Source: Lama glama (taxonomy: Eukaryota). From it: a stretch of 64,000 bases of DNA. This document shows, piece after piece, positions 25,151-38,759 of this stretch. The position numbers and the translations under genes are program-made. The stretch lies in the NCBI GenBank assembly GCA_028534125.1, contig CM052817.1, positions 39,062,001-39,126,000 on the forward strand, in the 5' to 3' direction. Every line of letters starts with the position of its first letter. Position 1 is the first letter of the stretch. The notes under the pieces were generated by a model that ran no database searches, was not told the origin of the DNA, and saw only the letters and a program-made list of their open reading frames with translations.

Positions 25151-26032
25151 TAACAGGCAGAGCTAGGACCGCTTTAAAAGGGTGTATATGCATATATATA
25201 TAATATGCATATATCGGGAGGTTATAGCTGTCTTACCAGTGATAAAACATGGTACCACTCATAAAAATTAGTTTTATATCCTGTGTGTTGAACAAACTTC
25301 ACCTGTTCCTCTTCCCCTTTCTCGTTAGACCCACTTACCTACCAACAGGGAGATGACAAAAACTATGCTCTTTTGCGGCCAGGAGTAAAAGTCAGTGCAG
25401 CCAGGTCCCTGGCTCTGCTGGCCCATTTTTGTTTCTTAGAGCAATTCATTAGATACCCAACAGCATCTGTGCAGCTTAGGACCCAGCCCCCTTTGTTTTA
25501 TTAAACAATGATTGCTTGATATTTTGTGAATGAAATCTTACATTTTTTTTTTAGTGTCCATTCAGTGCAAACCTATATACGGCTCATATGTGCAGCAGAT
25601 TTGCACACACTGCATTTAAAGAGGAGTGACAAGGGCTATTGACTGAGGGTGGAAAGGAAACTTCACACGGGGAGAGATTTGACTTTTACATGGACCGCCT
25701 CCCCTTGCCCCACAACATAACTACTATTTGCTTCTGTCTCCAAATTTTATTTAATATTATAGAGAGAGAGTCACTGGATTTTGGAGCCAAAAAGAATTAA
25801 AAATCTAGTCAAGAAGTAGTTCTTTTTTATAAAGATAGGCAACAGGGGAAAAAAACCCTTTTAATTCTTATTTCTAGTGCATCCCTTGTCCTTTTCAAGA
25901 GAAGCAATAAATCTTTGCTCCCCAAATGAACAGCAAAGGGGAAAAAAATAATGTTAGAAGTGCCTACGACTTGTCAGATCAAATGTTAGTGAATCATGTC
26001 TATGGAAGAAATGGTTTGCTGGAGAAGAGCTT

Positions 26033-26049
26033 TCTTGCTTGCTTGCTTG

Positions 26050-26087
<38 letters not shown>

Positions 26088-26145
26088 ACCTTCCTCCCTC
26101 CCTCACTCCCCCAAACCTTCCTTCCTTCTTTCTTTTCTTCTCCTC
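26033..26145. repeat. (CTTG)n/(CT)n pyrimidine tract
   Basis: Read directly. Confidence 0.9.
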
Positions 26146-28324
26146 TGTCCTTTTGCTGCACAGGGCTGCTGACAGTCATCATTGTCCTGTTGCTTATTAC
26201 ATGATATTTCTCCTCCTCTCCTGTCTTCGAACACATAGGCAGTGCTTGGGGATTACTGACAAGTGACTACTTGGAGGAGTCGGGAACAGGCGTAATGACT
26301 CTACATACCCTGTGACAGTGGCTTTGTACCTCACACCTTTATGATGATGCAAATATCTACTTTCAGCTAGAATCTTATGCCCTCTGAGCTGAAAACAAAG
26401 TCAAATGGTAATTGGTACTTTTGTCATTTCATTCCTTCATAAGCATTATCTTCATTAACTAACTAACATAACCCATTACTTTGAATGGTCAAGGTCTAGG
26501 GGCTTCTATGCTTTGAAATTCAATTTTTCCATTTCCTTGCAATGCAGACAGGGATGCCTGGAGGTGCATGATGGATAAATCTTAAATGGTTGGTGTCCAG
26601 TTTGAAAAAGCACCTGGAAGTTGGGCTGTTTTATTGCTTTCATACAGATCTTTATTATTACTTAGCATTCACACAGCATTTGGTATTTGCAAAGGGTTTT
26701 GCACTCATTTTTATAACCTATTCTTCATAGCCATCCTGAGAGGCAGGTTCATTTCCCTCATTGTGTGGCTGAGAAGACTTGGCAGAGAATTAGCTTCTGG
26801 CGGTAAGGCATCCGCGACCTTAAGCACTGCAGTGGTTAGGCTGAGTACGCTGAGCCATGTAATACCAGAACATATTGGCGAATGCTTATTTTCGTAGCTG
26901 AATTTACTTTTAAAGAGCATTGTAATGTCATAAGGGACAGCTTCCAAGGGAAGGAAAGTTTGATAAAGTAGACATTGTACTATAGCAAAGAAAGGCATTG
27001 ATTCCTCAGAATAGTCAAGGATCTCAGATATTTGACATATATTTGGAGTGTTTCTGAGATAAAGTCCTGGGAAACAGTTTGGCCGAAATCGGTTTTGAAG
27101 TACAGCATGCTTCTCTCCCTGCCAGACTCCTTTTTTTTTTTCTTTTAACCTTTTCTCCTCTTCCTGCACCTCTTTGTCTCTCTTTCCATCCCTTACCTTG
27201 TGATCCGAACCCAATCATTAACTCTTCATTTCTAAAATGTTGCTGTAAAGTCCTGCCTGAGATAATGCTGGTGAAAAGTCTGGTAAATTTCTGACTCACA
27301 GTAAATAGGCATATCTCATTATATTAGTGGTATTGTGTGTTTTGGGGTCAGTGTTATTTTCACATCTCTGGTCCAAATTAGGCTCTAGCAACAATATGTA
27401 CCCAACAGTCACAAAGAATAAAGAGGAGGACTCGGTAACTATCCCGATACCTTAAGTATATTCCTTCCTTTTCAATTGTCTAGGTGACTTAGGCAAAAAT
27501 CACTGTTAGAAATATACATTAAAACTATTTTGGGGGTAGGAGTAAGTTTGCTAGAAAGGAAGGCTGAATTACCGTTGGTATTGTGATATAAAGAATGAAG
27601 TCTGGATGTGAGACGAGCATCCTTATAATGTGGCTCTTCTAATACATCCATTGCTTTTCTGTCCATACATTCAGCATAAATTTTATCAAGTGGCCATTGA
27701 TCAGTACTTACTTTTCTTTCTCCCAATCCTCACTGTACCAGGAAGCGTTTGAGAAATGACCTATGATTTATGATGCTTTATCAATGTTTTTACTCACTGT
27801 GGAGGAAAGTGTGAGGAACATATTTCACGATGAAGTGGGTTTCTAGTTAACAGGACAAAATGAAAGCAAAGTCATAGATCAGTGTAATATGTCAAGCACA
27901 GAAAGGATTCAATTTATTGTAAATAATATCCAAGTTGCAAAAGAAATACAGCAACAGAAATCAGTTTATTCTATATGTGAAAAAGGAGAATTACCGGTAA
28001 AAGGTAATAGGCTCCATTTGTCCCATGACAGAAATTCATATTGTTTGTGCTTATCACCTCTGGGGGATCAAGGACTTTATCTGTCTTTGGGATTTTAGAT
28101 GGGTTCACAAATATTAGACTTCCTGTAGCAAAGTTATAATAACCAGCACCTTTAAATTCAGAACACTTTGCTGCTGATATACGAAGGTGCATCAGGGGAC
28201 ATTCCACCACTTAAGGAGTGTGTGTTTCTTAAGGAGTGGCTTCATTTCTACCAGCACTGGAGTCATCCGTAGTGCTCACTTTAAAATAAGGTGTCTTGAC
28301 CCCACAATAAAACTGTCAAATCCA

Positions 28325-28470
28325 GGTCAATGGAGAGAGGGGAGGAGAAACTGGATGAAGGCAGCGAAAAGGTACGAACTTTCAGTTATAAGATAAGTAA
28401 GTGCTAGGGATGTAATGTACAACATGATAAATATAATGAACACTGCTGTATGTATCTACATTGTAAAGTG
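28325..28470 (+). mobile_element. L1 3' UTR fragment (L1MA-like)
   Basis: aaggtacgaactttcagttataagataagtaagtgctagggatgtaatgtacaacatg. Confidence 0.7.
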
Positions 28471-28495
28471 TACACAACCCAGGTAATTCTCATTC

Positions 28496-28715
28496 TAGGC
28501 TTGCTGCATTTAGCAAACAAAACGAACACAAAAAACAAGCAAGCAAACAAAAATCCCCAAGACACTCAGTTAAATTTGAATTTCAGACAAACAACATTTT
28601 TTAGGGATAAGTATATCCTGTGCAATTTTTGGAACATATTTGTACCCCAAACCTCTTTATTTTAATCTGAAATTCAAGTCAAACTGTGTATCTTGTCTTT
28701 TCTCTTGTAACCCTA
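28496..28715 (+). mobile_element. MER53-like palindromic hAT MITE
   Basis: Termini taggcttgc...gtaacccta. Internal inverted arms cagttaaatttgaatttcaga / tctgaaattcaagtcaaactg. Confidence 0.8.
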
Positions 28716-31361
28716 TCAGGCACATGTCGATGTTTGAGAAACACTGATTTAGGAGGTATATTTAAGTGCTCAGAACCAGCCCAAAGCTCTGGCCCTAGCT
28801 GAGAACCTTTAGGGAGATGAAGGGTGGAGGGATTTTTGCTGATCTGACCCTAAATGCCTGGGAAGAGCTTTGCAAACTACGAAAGCGTGCAGACATGGGA
28901 TCAGCAGAGCCCTGCTTCCAGGTGTTTTCCCACAGGAAAAGCAACACCTTTAGGAAATCTGCGGGTCATCAGCACACAGCCCATTATCTTTTTAAGGCTT
29001 GTTCTCTTAACCTTCGGGGGTTGGGGGTGGACAAGTGCTTCCCAGGTGGACATTTTTACTACTCTCTTTGGGAATCTTTGATGATTTTCTAAATGTTGGC
29101 CTGCACAGTTTGTTAACTCCTGTTCAGCTCTATCCATTTTAGGGAAGTGAAGTGAATTACTTTGTAAAATCAGTCTGTACTTTTTTAAGGAAAGCTTTTT
29201 GGAATTCTTTGTGCAAGTTCTCAAGTTTCTTTTAGAGGAGACTGGGGTTCAATGATTTTTTTTTGTATCTATAACAATCTAAAGAATCTTTCAGGCCAAA
29301 AGATGTGCAGAATTATGAGAAAGTGATTCCCTGGGACATCTGTGCTCACGGGACACGTTCCCTCTCCAGGGGCCTGCCGAGAGGTGACTCTGTAGGAGTG
29401 AGACCATCTTTTCACTGTCCGTGCTTGTATGATATGTGCTTAAAAACATGCTTCATGAACAGCCTGGAGGGTCCAATAAGGTCTGATCCACAGTGGGTTC
29501 AAGAACATAGATAGAAAGAACATTCCTTCTTCTGACCTCATTTACTCCAGTTTCTTTCCAGCTGAAGGTAAGGGCTTTCATTGATTTTGACGGGCTGGGA
29601 CCATATTTCTAATTTACATCTCCTGAGTTTACAATTCACTGCAAAGAAACCCAGATAAAGTGGAAGCAAACAGAGCCTGCTGGAGAAGCCCTCAGCATGA
29701 ATAATATACTGTTTACCTTAATGAAAGCACCATCAGGAGCTGGAGGGCCAGCCTCTTTTGTTATTGCTACACACAGGCACTGCCTGCCCGGCAGCCTGAA
29801 GGAATGATTGCTGCTCCATGTTCTGTCTGAACCTTTCCTAAATAATTTCAATTCTATTGACTTTTTTGGCCTTTTAACCAAGCCATCAGCTTTCTAGGCA
29901 GCTTGGCCTCCATTTCTAGAAATCCATAGCCATGGAAAGAGTGAGTGGTCCAAGGCATCTTATAAGCCTTACTTCATTAATCCTTACCATGACCTTGAGT
30001 GGTAAAATGTCTGTAAGTCCTAATGGCTCCAATTTTCATATAGAAATAATGAGCTACAGAAAGGCTAGAAGTGATGCAGAAACAGAATCCTCTGAAAAAC
30101 TGTTTTTGTATATTAATTTGTGATTGTTAATTATAAGCATTGGTTGGCTCTGGTACTAGGTGACCTATGAATAAAATAAAATGGCCTCTTTTCTGGGAGA
30201 TTTGGAATATGTTATGAGATTTTATTTAGAGTCTGTATTCTTATCTCAGTATTGCCTCAGTTCTTGGAGTTTCTCGAACATAGGTGATACATCATTATAA
30301 GATGTTTATATAGGAACTTTGGTGAGATGAATGCTTGTAGCCAACTGATCTAACCTAAGTCTTTCTTGGTCTGATCCAAGCGGTTTTGGTACCTAAGTGA
30401 TCAACCGTTAGACAGTCTTTTCTATCCTACGGGTCCATGGGTGGAATGGCAGATACTTTCTGGGTCAGGAAAGATATCATCCCTTTGTAATACTATTGCC
30501 ATAACTCAGACATGGGGTCCAAACTCAGCTCTCTACCCCTTGATCTAAAAGGCTGCAAATAAAATAGTAGATTGGATATTGGTGAGGATGGACCATGGTA
30601 GCAGTGAAAAGAATAGAAACGGAGAGGGGTGCCTGAACCTACTTGAATAAGGGGACCACCGGGGACCCCCACCTCTGGAGGCTTTTGCAGTGCACACGAC
30701 CAGGGATGGTTTAGGTAGGAGGTACACGTGTTAGCAACTTGTACTACTTAATCCTTCGTGGTACCCTGGGAAGGGTTAACAGTGGAGTTGCGGAGAAGGT
30801 CACTCACTATGAGCTGAGTCTTCTGAACTCTGCCGTGTTTATTGTCTAAGGAAGAGACCTGTGTCTATTAGATCCCTTTCTGGGACAAGTGACAGGTCAG
30901 ATTAGATGGGCTGGAGAGGGAGAGGACTGGAGGACTAGATACAGAAAAATGGAGAAGGCAGGAGGCTGCGTGCAGCCCCAACGAGATTTATTTTAGCGCT
31001 TATAAATAAAAACATGAGCAGAGCCTCTCTACAGAATTATTTACAGAAGAATTTTAAGCTCCGGGCCCTTTCCAAGCTAAGCACTGAATGCTAAAGTTTA
31101 TGATGTAGAATGACTTTGGCTACTGTGGCCCCAATTTGGACAAATCTGCCATTAACACCATCATGGCAGTTATTTTACTGGGGGTGACAGATTGTGAGGT
31201 AGAGAGAGTAATTCAGACTATTACCCAGGTGAAGGCATGAAAGCTCAGTGATATATGAAGACCACTTAAATTCATTGTATCTTGTACATCACATCTTTGA
31301 TAGATTATAGCTGTGGCATTAAAATGGAAATGGTTTCTCTGAGGCCTGACAGGGGCTGGGG

Positions 31362-31374
31362 TGACCTATGACCT
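31362..31374 (-). promoter_or_regulatory. Perfect nuclear-receptor DR1 (AGGTCA-T-AGGTCA)
   Basis: The + strand reads tgacctatgacct. Function is untested. Confidence 0.5.
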
Positions 31375-31599
31375 CCCTCTGAGGAATGTGACTGACCGAA
31401 TTATCAGTTAAGAGAAAAATCTACGGGGAATAGACTCACAGTGATGGCGAATCCTCCATGCATATATATCTATATTTTTTAAACCTTTGGTTTGATGGAA
31501 AGCTTCAGGACTCAAACCTTGTTTCCACCTCCCCCAGCATACCCGCCCCCAACACCCCCATGCTAACTTTCCCAGCTCAGATTTCATACTGGCCAGGCC

Positions 31600-32190
31600 C
31601 CTCATATTGATTGAAAAATTGTTATTAGAGATAGTCGGCCTCCTGCACACGGCCTACTGATTTAATTTGGAAAACATTTAATTTTATGAAGCGGTAAATG
31701 GTGGTGCCACGCTCCCCTGTGTTAGGGAGCAGCTGGCTCTTCACCTCCTCACCCGCCCGAGTCCCAGGCGTCCTCTTGGCAATCATGTGCTCCCTTCCCC
31801 TTTGCTTAACAAGTTATTTCAATTTCTAAACGAAGGCTGAACAAGAGAAAGACAACATGCAAATGGAGCTCCAAGCCGCCATTCACACGTGAAAAAGTTC
31901 CCCTGGAATTCCCTCAACTCAGCCCACCCCCTCCCCCTGCATCTGTCATGAAAAAAACAGAGCCCTTGTTCTCCTCAGATTGTTTTCACCAATGACCTGA
32001 CACCACCATCTATAATTAATTACATCATTTACATTAGACTATTGACTAAACAAATACATAAATCATAGGCAGAGTCAATAGGTGCAGACATATTTAATCA
32101 TGTTCTAAATAATGATTACTGCTCCCATAATGCAATAATTATTTTCAGCAGCTGACTTGAATTAATCTTCTGTCAGGGTGCCATCTGAAA
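31600..32190. promoter_or_regulatory. Putative deeply conserved developmental enhancer
   Basis: Repeat-free with extreme homeodomain-motif density (taattaatta; TGATTTATG on the minus strand at 32057-32065; TGATTAAAT on the minus strand at 32092-32100). CTGTCA at 31943 and 32170. E-boxes present. Confidence 0.6.
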
Positions 32191-32244
32191 AAAAAAAAAA
32201 AGAGACGAAGATGAAGAAGGCCACGCCGATGATGGAGGAGCTGC

Positions 32245-32570
32245 TCCGATTCTCTCCGTTTCTCTTCTTTTCGTTCTTCCCTGCAGGCACTCTCTGCTCT
32301 CCCTCTCCCTTTCCGTGACCCCTCTCACCTTCTCTTTTCCTTTTCCTCCACTTTCCATGTCCCCCTTTGTCTTTTCCCTTATTCATGTCTGTGTCTCATA
32401 CTTGTTCTTTTGGTCACCTGCCTCTGTAGCTTTTTTCTCTTTATCCCTCAACATGGAACTTCCCCGCTCTTCTTCCTTTCCATTTGTCCCGGGGCTAGAC
32501 AGTGCCTCTGGTGGCATCCAGTCCCCCTTCCCACCTCCACCCCTCTCGCCCCCTGTCACCTTCGTTTCTA
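32245..32570. repeat. CT-rich low-complexity tract
   Basis: Read directly. Confidence 0.8.
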
Positions 32571-35500
32571 AATCTCCGTGGACAGTTTTAATGTTAAAGA
32601 CTCTAAGCTGTTTTCTTAATATCTTATCCAGATTAGATTTTCTTTCTCTACTGTTTGACAGCTTTTCCTAAATCATTTTGCACTTTGGAATGGCAAACTG
32701 ATTGGAGAGGTGGCATAGTTAGAACACAGGAGTCCTCTACGGATGCAGCACTCATTCATTAGACTAATTTAGCTTTTGTCATCCGAGAGGAGAGGATAAA
32801 TCTGTGTTTATAGGCATACATGGGTACACCTTAGAAATGGAATCAACTCTTTGAAGTATTTTATTTGGGACAGAACATACTACATTAGTGGGTGCTTTGC
32901 AAAGAAAATAACGCCTCCTGTTCTGCTTCATCTTTGGCTATCAGTGGGCAAGGCCTGTTAAGAAGGACAGCTTAGAGGAAAGACATCAGGCCACAGTGCA
33001 TTTAAATGCCAGTAGTCTGAAGTACTGGTTCTAAGAGCCAGTGTTAAGGATGATCACAGAATAAAATTTTACATGCTGTCTTACCCTTGGTATCATCCCT
33101 TGGTTTCTTTGTAAGTTTGTAGACAATTGCTTCATAAGAGGAAAAAAAATCATTTTGGATCAAATAATACAAATGTTTACCCTCTGTAGCTTTTAGTGTT
33201 TTGATGTTCTCTCCCGAAAGCTTTTCTGCAATGACCCTTTTAATTAATACTTGGCCTCGGGGGTTTGTGATTAAAAAAAAAAGTCCTGGATCACTATCCA
33301 TGAAATGGTGGATACATTTCCTCACCTCTTTTCTCTGTTCTCATCCCAGAGGGTGAGCTGTTTGTGATCCTGTGCACACTCACGTGGTGTGTCTGGCTGG
33401 CCAGGCCCCTCTTGACCTTTCAAGCAATGACATCCTTTCTGGGTGTGGTACACACTTGCTAACTTAAGGGCTGTGTGATAGAACTGTGATTGGAATTTGT
33501 CCTGATTAGTGGTGTAAGGGAAGACAACATAAGGGAAGACATCCTTGGCAGGGAACAGTTAGACTCACAGGTAATAGAATCTTCACTCATTCAAAAAGTA
33601 CTTACTGAGTGCCTGCCTGTGGCAGCTACTGTGCTGGGTGCTGGTTACCCCGAATAGTCATGAGTTCATAGTCATTATTAAAGCTACCTTTCTAAACTCC
33701 CGGTTATATTCCAGAGGCCATTTTAAATAAACAGAATTATTTTGAGACTAGCGCACCGTACAATTGTAATTGTTGAATATGCTAGCGAGGATGAACTTTT
33801 CTGGTGTTAGATGAGCTAGGTATGTTCCACATAGTTCAACAAAGGTGTGAGACTAATGTGAAACTCAGTGAAAAATATCTGGAAAGGACAGATGTGGGGT
33901 TTGACTTTTTCCTATTTACATGTCTGTTCCCTAATGAAAAAGTCAGAGGGTCAAGAAGGAGACAGTGAAACAAGAGACCTAGTAAAGAGAAAGGGCTAAC
34001 AGTAAGAATGCAGTAATGCCCCTGTGTCCACTGACCAAAACCATAATGCACTGTGGAAGTGCTTACCTCCGACAGATCCTGCTCCAGAAATGAGAGCACC
34101 TGTTTGTAATTTCTCCAGGGAACAAGATGGAGGTGATACAGGACCTACATGAATTATTTAAAATCTTGAGGTGTCATTTGTATTATTTATCAAGAACAAC
34201 AAATATCTTGATAAAAAAGGTAAAACTTGCAAAGCAAAATGCAGTTGTCTTATGGGAAAACGGAGGAAAATCTACTTCATAGGGATGTTGTGAAGTTTAA
34301 ATGGCAACATAGTTATGGAAATACAGTGCACCTGGCGATAGGCCTTACACATAGTAAGTTCTCATTAAATGGGCACTGATGCTGTTACTGTACAATGATC
34401 AAGTATTGAGTCTTAGGGTACCTATAAATAATTGAAGGATAGATTGGTTCTTTGCAGGTAGTTTTGAGTAGAACAAATGTTCATATGGTTCTAATGCACA
34501 CCCAAGATATGTTTTCATATATTACAACTCTATTCTTAGTTACTGCATTGATAGCAGACTCATTCATGCAAAAAAAAAAAACTGAATATTTTCTATGTTG
34601 GAGAAATTCACATCCTAGGAGTGGAGGCTAGTGCACAGTAATTTTCATAAAATTATGAAATTCAGTGTAACATAATATTCAATAATCATTTGTTTCTGAA
34701 GTGACTGGAACTTGCCCTCTATAGTGGTACTGTACAGTGCTTGGATCAAGTATACTGTTAAACCAGATTTAGAGTCAACACAGAGACAAATACAAACCAC
34801 ATTTTCTAAATTAGCCTGGCAGTCAGTTCCTCTGCTTGGCCCGTGACTCGGTGGTTGACTCTAACACACCAGCCGTGTGCCCTCTAGCTTGCTTGCAGAG
34901 GCCTGTTCTTAGCTGCAGTATGATCAGTGACATCTCTGTGTATAAGCACCTTCTTAAATGTAGAGAAGTTTAGGGGCAGTCATAATAGGCACTTCTTTTG
35001 GGACCCATAGCAAAGAATTTGTAGTGCTTCATAACCTAGCACATCAAGGAGCTTATGTAAAAATGGAGAAATTGTGCATTTGGGCTACCAGTTTGAAATA
35101 TTTATCAAGGTAAATGAAAAAGGAGTCTACCTTTCCATCAGAGCCTGTGTTATAGCCTGGTTAATATTGCATGATGAGTGAGCTATAAATAAACAATAAA
35201 TAGAAATAAAAATAATTATTGGTATAAATAATAAATGAATAAAGCACAAGTTTAGGGCTGAGACGGAATGGAACTAGATATGAAATTTAATTGAGCTTGA
35301 TTTTGAGTTTAAGTCTTTTGGAACCAGTAGTTCGGTAAGGATTTCAGGATTTTTTTTCTTTTAATTTTAAATGAATGTGCTTATAGCTCCTAGCTCCTCA
35401 GGTCAGTCACCCAAAGATAACTATTACTATAATTCTAAATAGCTGCCAGGGGGAAAGGATGTGGCCTGAGGATGGGTTTAGACGAAGGGGACTAGGGTTT

Positions 35501-36109
35501 TCTATTTTTAAAAGGATCATCCCCTGCTCAGACATTTTTGATCTGTCTTTTGAGAAGTCTTTGGGTAACTGCATATTATCCTTCTTTCTCTGGGAGAAAG
35601 TAGCAGGAGGAAATTCTTCTCTTCAGCCTGGGGATTACTCTGACTGGGAGAAGTCTTCCAGATTATTAACCACATGGGCTGTGGGCACCACATTTTCTAG
35701 AGGAAGTTGTCTGGGGAACCAAGAAAAGTTTTAAGTGCTGTACCTGCATGGACTCTTTCCTTTAATTCTTCCAACAGTTCAGTTCGAGGAGGCAGGCTCT
35801 GAGAGTTGACATCTCTGTTTTGGAGGGGAAACCCAGAGAATTCACAGACTCCTGCCCCAGGTTATGAGTGATGGAGCCAACCTTTAGTTGGTTAACCAGG
35901 TTCCAGAGGCTACACCGAAAGGGGCAGGACACATGGCAAAAGCTGAAGCCAAATCCTACAGGGAATTCTAAGTTTTTCCACCAGTAAACCACTGAGATAA
36001 GCCAAGGTAGAGCTCTAATCCTCCATCTCCTCAATTATCCCAGACATCCCCACCCCTTTCTTCTTCTGCTTCTTTCCCATGCTTTTCAGGGTACATTCTG
36101 CTCCTGCCT

Positions 36110-36420
36110 GCTGCTTGGTACCCTCATGTCTGGAGCCTGGCATGGATTCTGGCACATGGAAGACACTCAATAAATATGTATTTCATGAATGAGTGACTGA
36201 TAGACATGGTGCCTCTGCGTGTAGGCACAGGGGTCAGACGGCCAGATTGCAATCCTACCTCTACCACTGTCATGCCTTGTGTCTTTGGGCAGTTTTCTCT
36301 TGTGTTGCATTTTCCTTACCTATAAATGGGAATAGCAAGAGTCCTGAGCTCATAGGATGGTTGTGAAGACTAACTGAGACAACATAGCGATAATGATGAA
36401 AATAATGATGGTGAAGATGT
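36110..36420 (+). mobile_element. L2 tail followed by MIR
   Basis: ctggcacatggaagacactcaataaatatgt...tgaatgagtga, then ggggtcagacggccagattgcaatcc...ctataaatgggaatagc. Confidence 0.75.
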
Positions 36421-36484
36421 TGAGGGTTCTCTTAGTAGTTATAAAAGACCTCAGGGAGAGGGTTCAGTTTAAGTCAAAATGATG

Positions 36485-37740
36485 ATTTTTGGTTGATAGT
36501 ACATTTTTAATATTTTGTTTAAAAAGTCTGTTATTTTTTAAAAGAGATTTATATTGTAAGCAAGAAGTCATGTATTTACACATGAAGTTACCATTCCTGG
36601 TACTCTTTATTCCTCTATGTACAGCCATAGTTCCAATGGCTATTTTCTTTCTGCCTAAAGGGCTTCCTTTAACATCTTTTGTAATGTGAGTCTGCTTATA
36701 ATGAATTCTTTCAGCTTTTGTATGGATGAAAAGGTGTTTGCTTTGATCTTCATTTTTGAAGCATATTTTTGCTAGTATAGAATTCTAGGTTGACAGCATT
36801 TTTTTCTTTCAGTACTGTAAAGATATTGCTGTTTTCCTCATTGCATTTTTTTTTTTTACAAGAAATCAGTGTCATTCTTACCTTTTTTCATCTGAATAGG
36901 ATAGGCACTCCCTTCTGGGTGCCTCTGAGATTTTCTTATGACTGGTTTTGAAAATTTTCTTAGGATGTTCTTTGGTGTGGTTTCCTTCATATTCTTGGGC
37001 ATTTGTTTCATTGAACTTCTTGGATCTGTGGATTTCGTCAAATTTGGAAAAAAATTTGCCACTAGTTCTTCAAACTTTTTTCCATTCTCTCTCTCCTTTG
37101 GAGCTTCCAATTACACATATATTAGGGTGCTTAAAGTTATTCATGTTCAGTGATGGTCTTTTCATATTTAAAGTTTCTTTTTCTTCTTTTATTTTCTTTT
37201 GGATAGTTAATATTTTTATCTTATACTTCACTAATATATCCTTTTGCAATATCTGATCTGCCATTAATCTCATCAAGTGTATTTTTCCATCTTACACACT
37301 ACCATTTTTACTCTCTAGAGGCTGAGTTTGGATTAAAAAAATATATATCTCCTATGTCTCTGCTTAAATTTTGGAAAATTAAAAAAACTATTTTAAGGCT
37401 CTTACCTGTTAATTCTAACATCCGGGCCAATTTCAATTAATTCATTTTTTTCCTCTTTATTTTCTCATGCTTTTCTTTTAATATGCCAGGTACTCCTTGA
37501 TTCAATGCCAAATATGAAAATATTGTTGAATTTTGTTCTGGGACACAAGATAAATTTGGGTCTTGCTTTCAAGATTTGTTAGTAGGACCAGAGCCATATC
37601 TAGTCTCTGGCTGATTCACTACTAAGGCAAGACCCTTCTGAGTACTCTGCCCAATGGCCCGTGAATTATGAGGTTTTTGTGAGAAAAGCACCATTCCTTG
37701 TCCTGTGTGGGCATCTGGCCCTGTTCTGTCTAACGGTGAA
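36485..37740 (-). mobile_element. Old L1 5'/ORF1 region (L1M4/L1MC-like)
   Basis: Frameshifted ORF1p-like peptides FKHPNICVIGSSKGERE and KKFEELVANFFPNLTK. Confidence 0.8.
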
Positions 37741-37744
37741 CAGA

Positions 37745-38100
37745 TAGAACACACTATATCTTCCCTTATAGTGTATTGGGAGTTAATGCTGAGTGATAGT
37801 TGCTATATGACAAGAGAATTATGACAGTACAGCAGGACAAACCTTAGCCAGACTAGAGGGACTGTAAGGGGTGGGGGGCAGTTTTGTTTTTAAGAGGAAG
37901 TGATCTCTAAATCAAGTTTTAAAAGGTGTTATCCAGGCTAAGAACAGGGAGAAGTGCTTTCCCGGTTAAGGAAAATGACATAGGTGAATGTCTAAAGCAA
38001 GACAGAACAGGGCCAATTTGGTTTGAAGAATTGAAACAAATATTAGTGAGGAGTGTGAGGAGTAAGGGCAGGAGGGTGCCCTTTGAATTGTTCTTAATAA
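37745..38100 (-). mobile_element. L2 fragment
   Basis: taagaggaagtgatctctaaatcaagttttaaaagg...ttatccaggctaagaacaggg. Confidence 0.55.
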
Positions 38101-38180
38101 GCAACTGAATATGGCATTAACACTAGAGGCTCCACAATCAGACAACCTGGTTCGAATTCCCAGGGATAACAATATTTGCC

Positions 38181-38630
38181 TGTTACACTAAGATTAGGTT
38201 GGGTTACATATAATAGAAGATCCAAAAGATTGGTAACTTAAGAAAGATGGAACTTTATTCTTTGTGTAAGAGATGTCATCAGAACGACCTAGGCTTCTGT
38301 CTTCTTCTAACATCCTGATGCATGGTCCAAGATGGCTGCTGGAGCTGTAGCCGTCACAGCTGTTGTTCAGACAGAAGGAAGGAGAAGATGGGGAAAGGGC
38401 AAAATCAGTGATGACTTTCTAAAAGAAACTCTTTTTGAAATCCCTGTCCTGCTCTTCTGCATCATTAACCTCACTGCTTAGAAATTATTCCCATCGCCTT
38501 CCTAGTTGTAAAGGAAGCTGAAAAATGTCTTTTTAGTTCACAATATTGTCACCATGAATAAAGTAGGGGTTCTGTTGCTGAGGACAAAAGAGAGAATGGA
38601 TATTGGCTTAGCCAGAGCAGTTTTTTTCCA
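38181..38630 (-). mobile_element. MLT1 (MaLR) LTR inserted into a MIR (MIR halves about 38105-38170 and 38635-38730)
   Basis: catggtccaagatggctgctggagctgtagcc...ggggttctgttgctgaggacaaaagagagaatggatattgg. Confidence 0.7.
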
Positions 38631-38759
38631 TGCCTCTCTCATAAGCTTATTGTAAGAATTAAATTTAAAAATGCACATAAAACATGTGGCATAATGTCTG
38701 GCATGTGTTAATTGCTCAGTAGTTGTTATCTTGACAAAGCCAACTCAAAACAACCCTTT

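Noticed and set aside
32184..32205. Strong minus-strand splice acceptor (poly-T-CAG) entering the conserved block
   Set aside because: No convincing downstream donor, early stop codons, and a mononucleotide run that mimics a pyrimidine tract.
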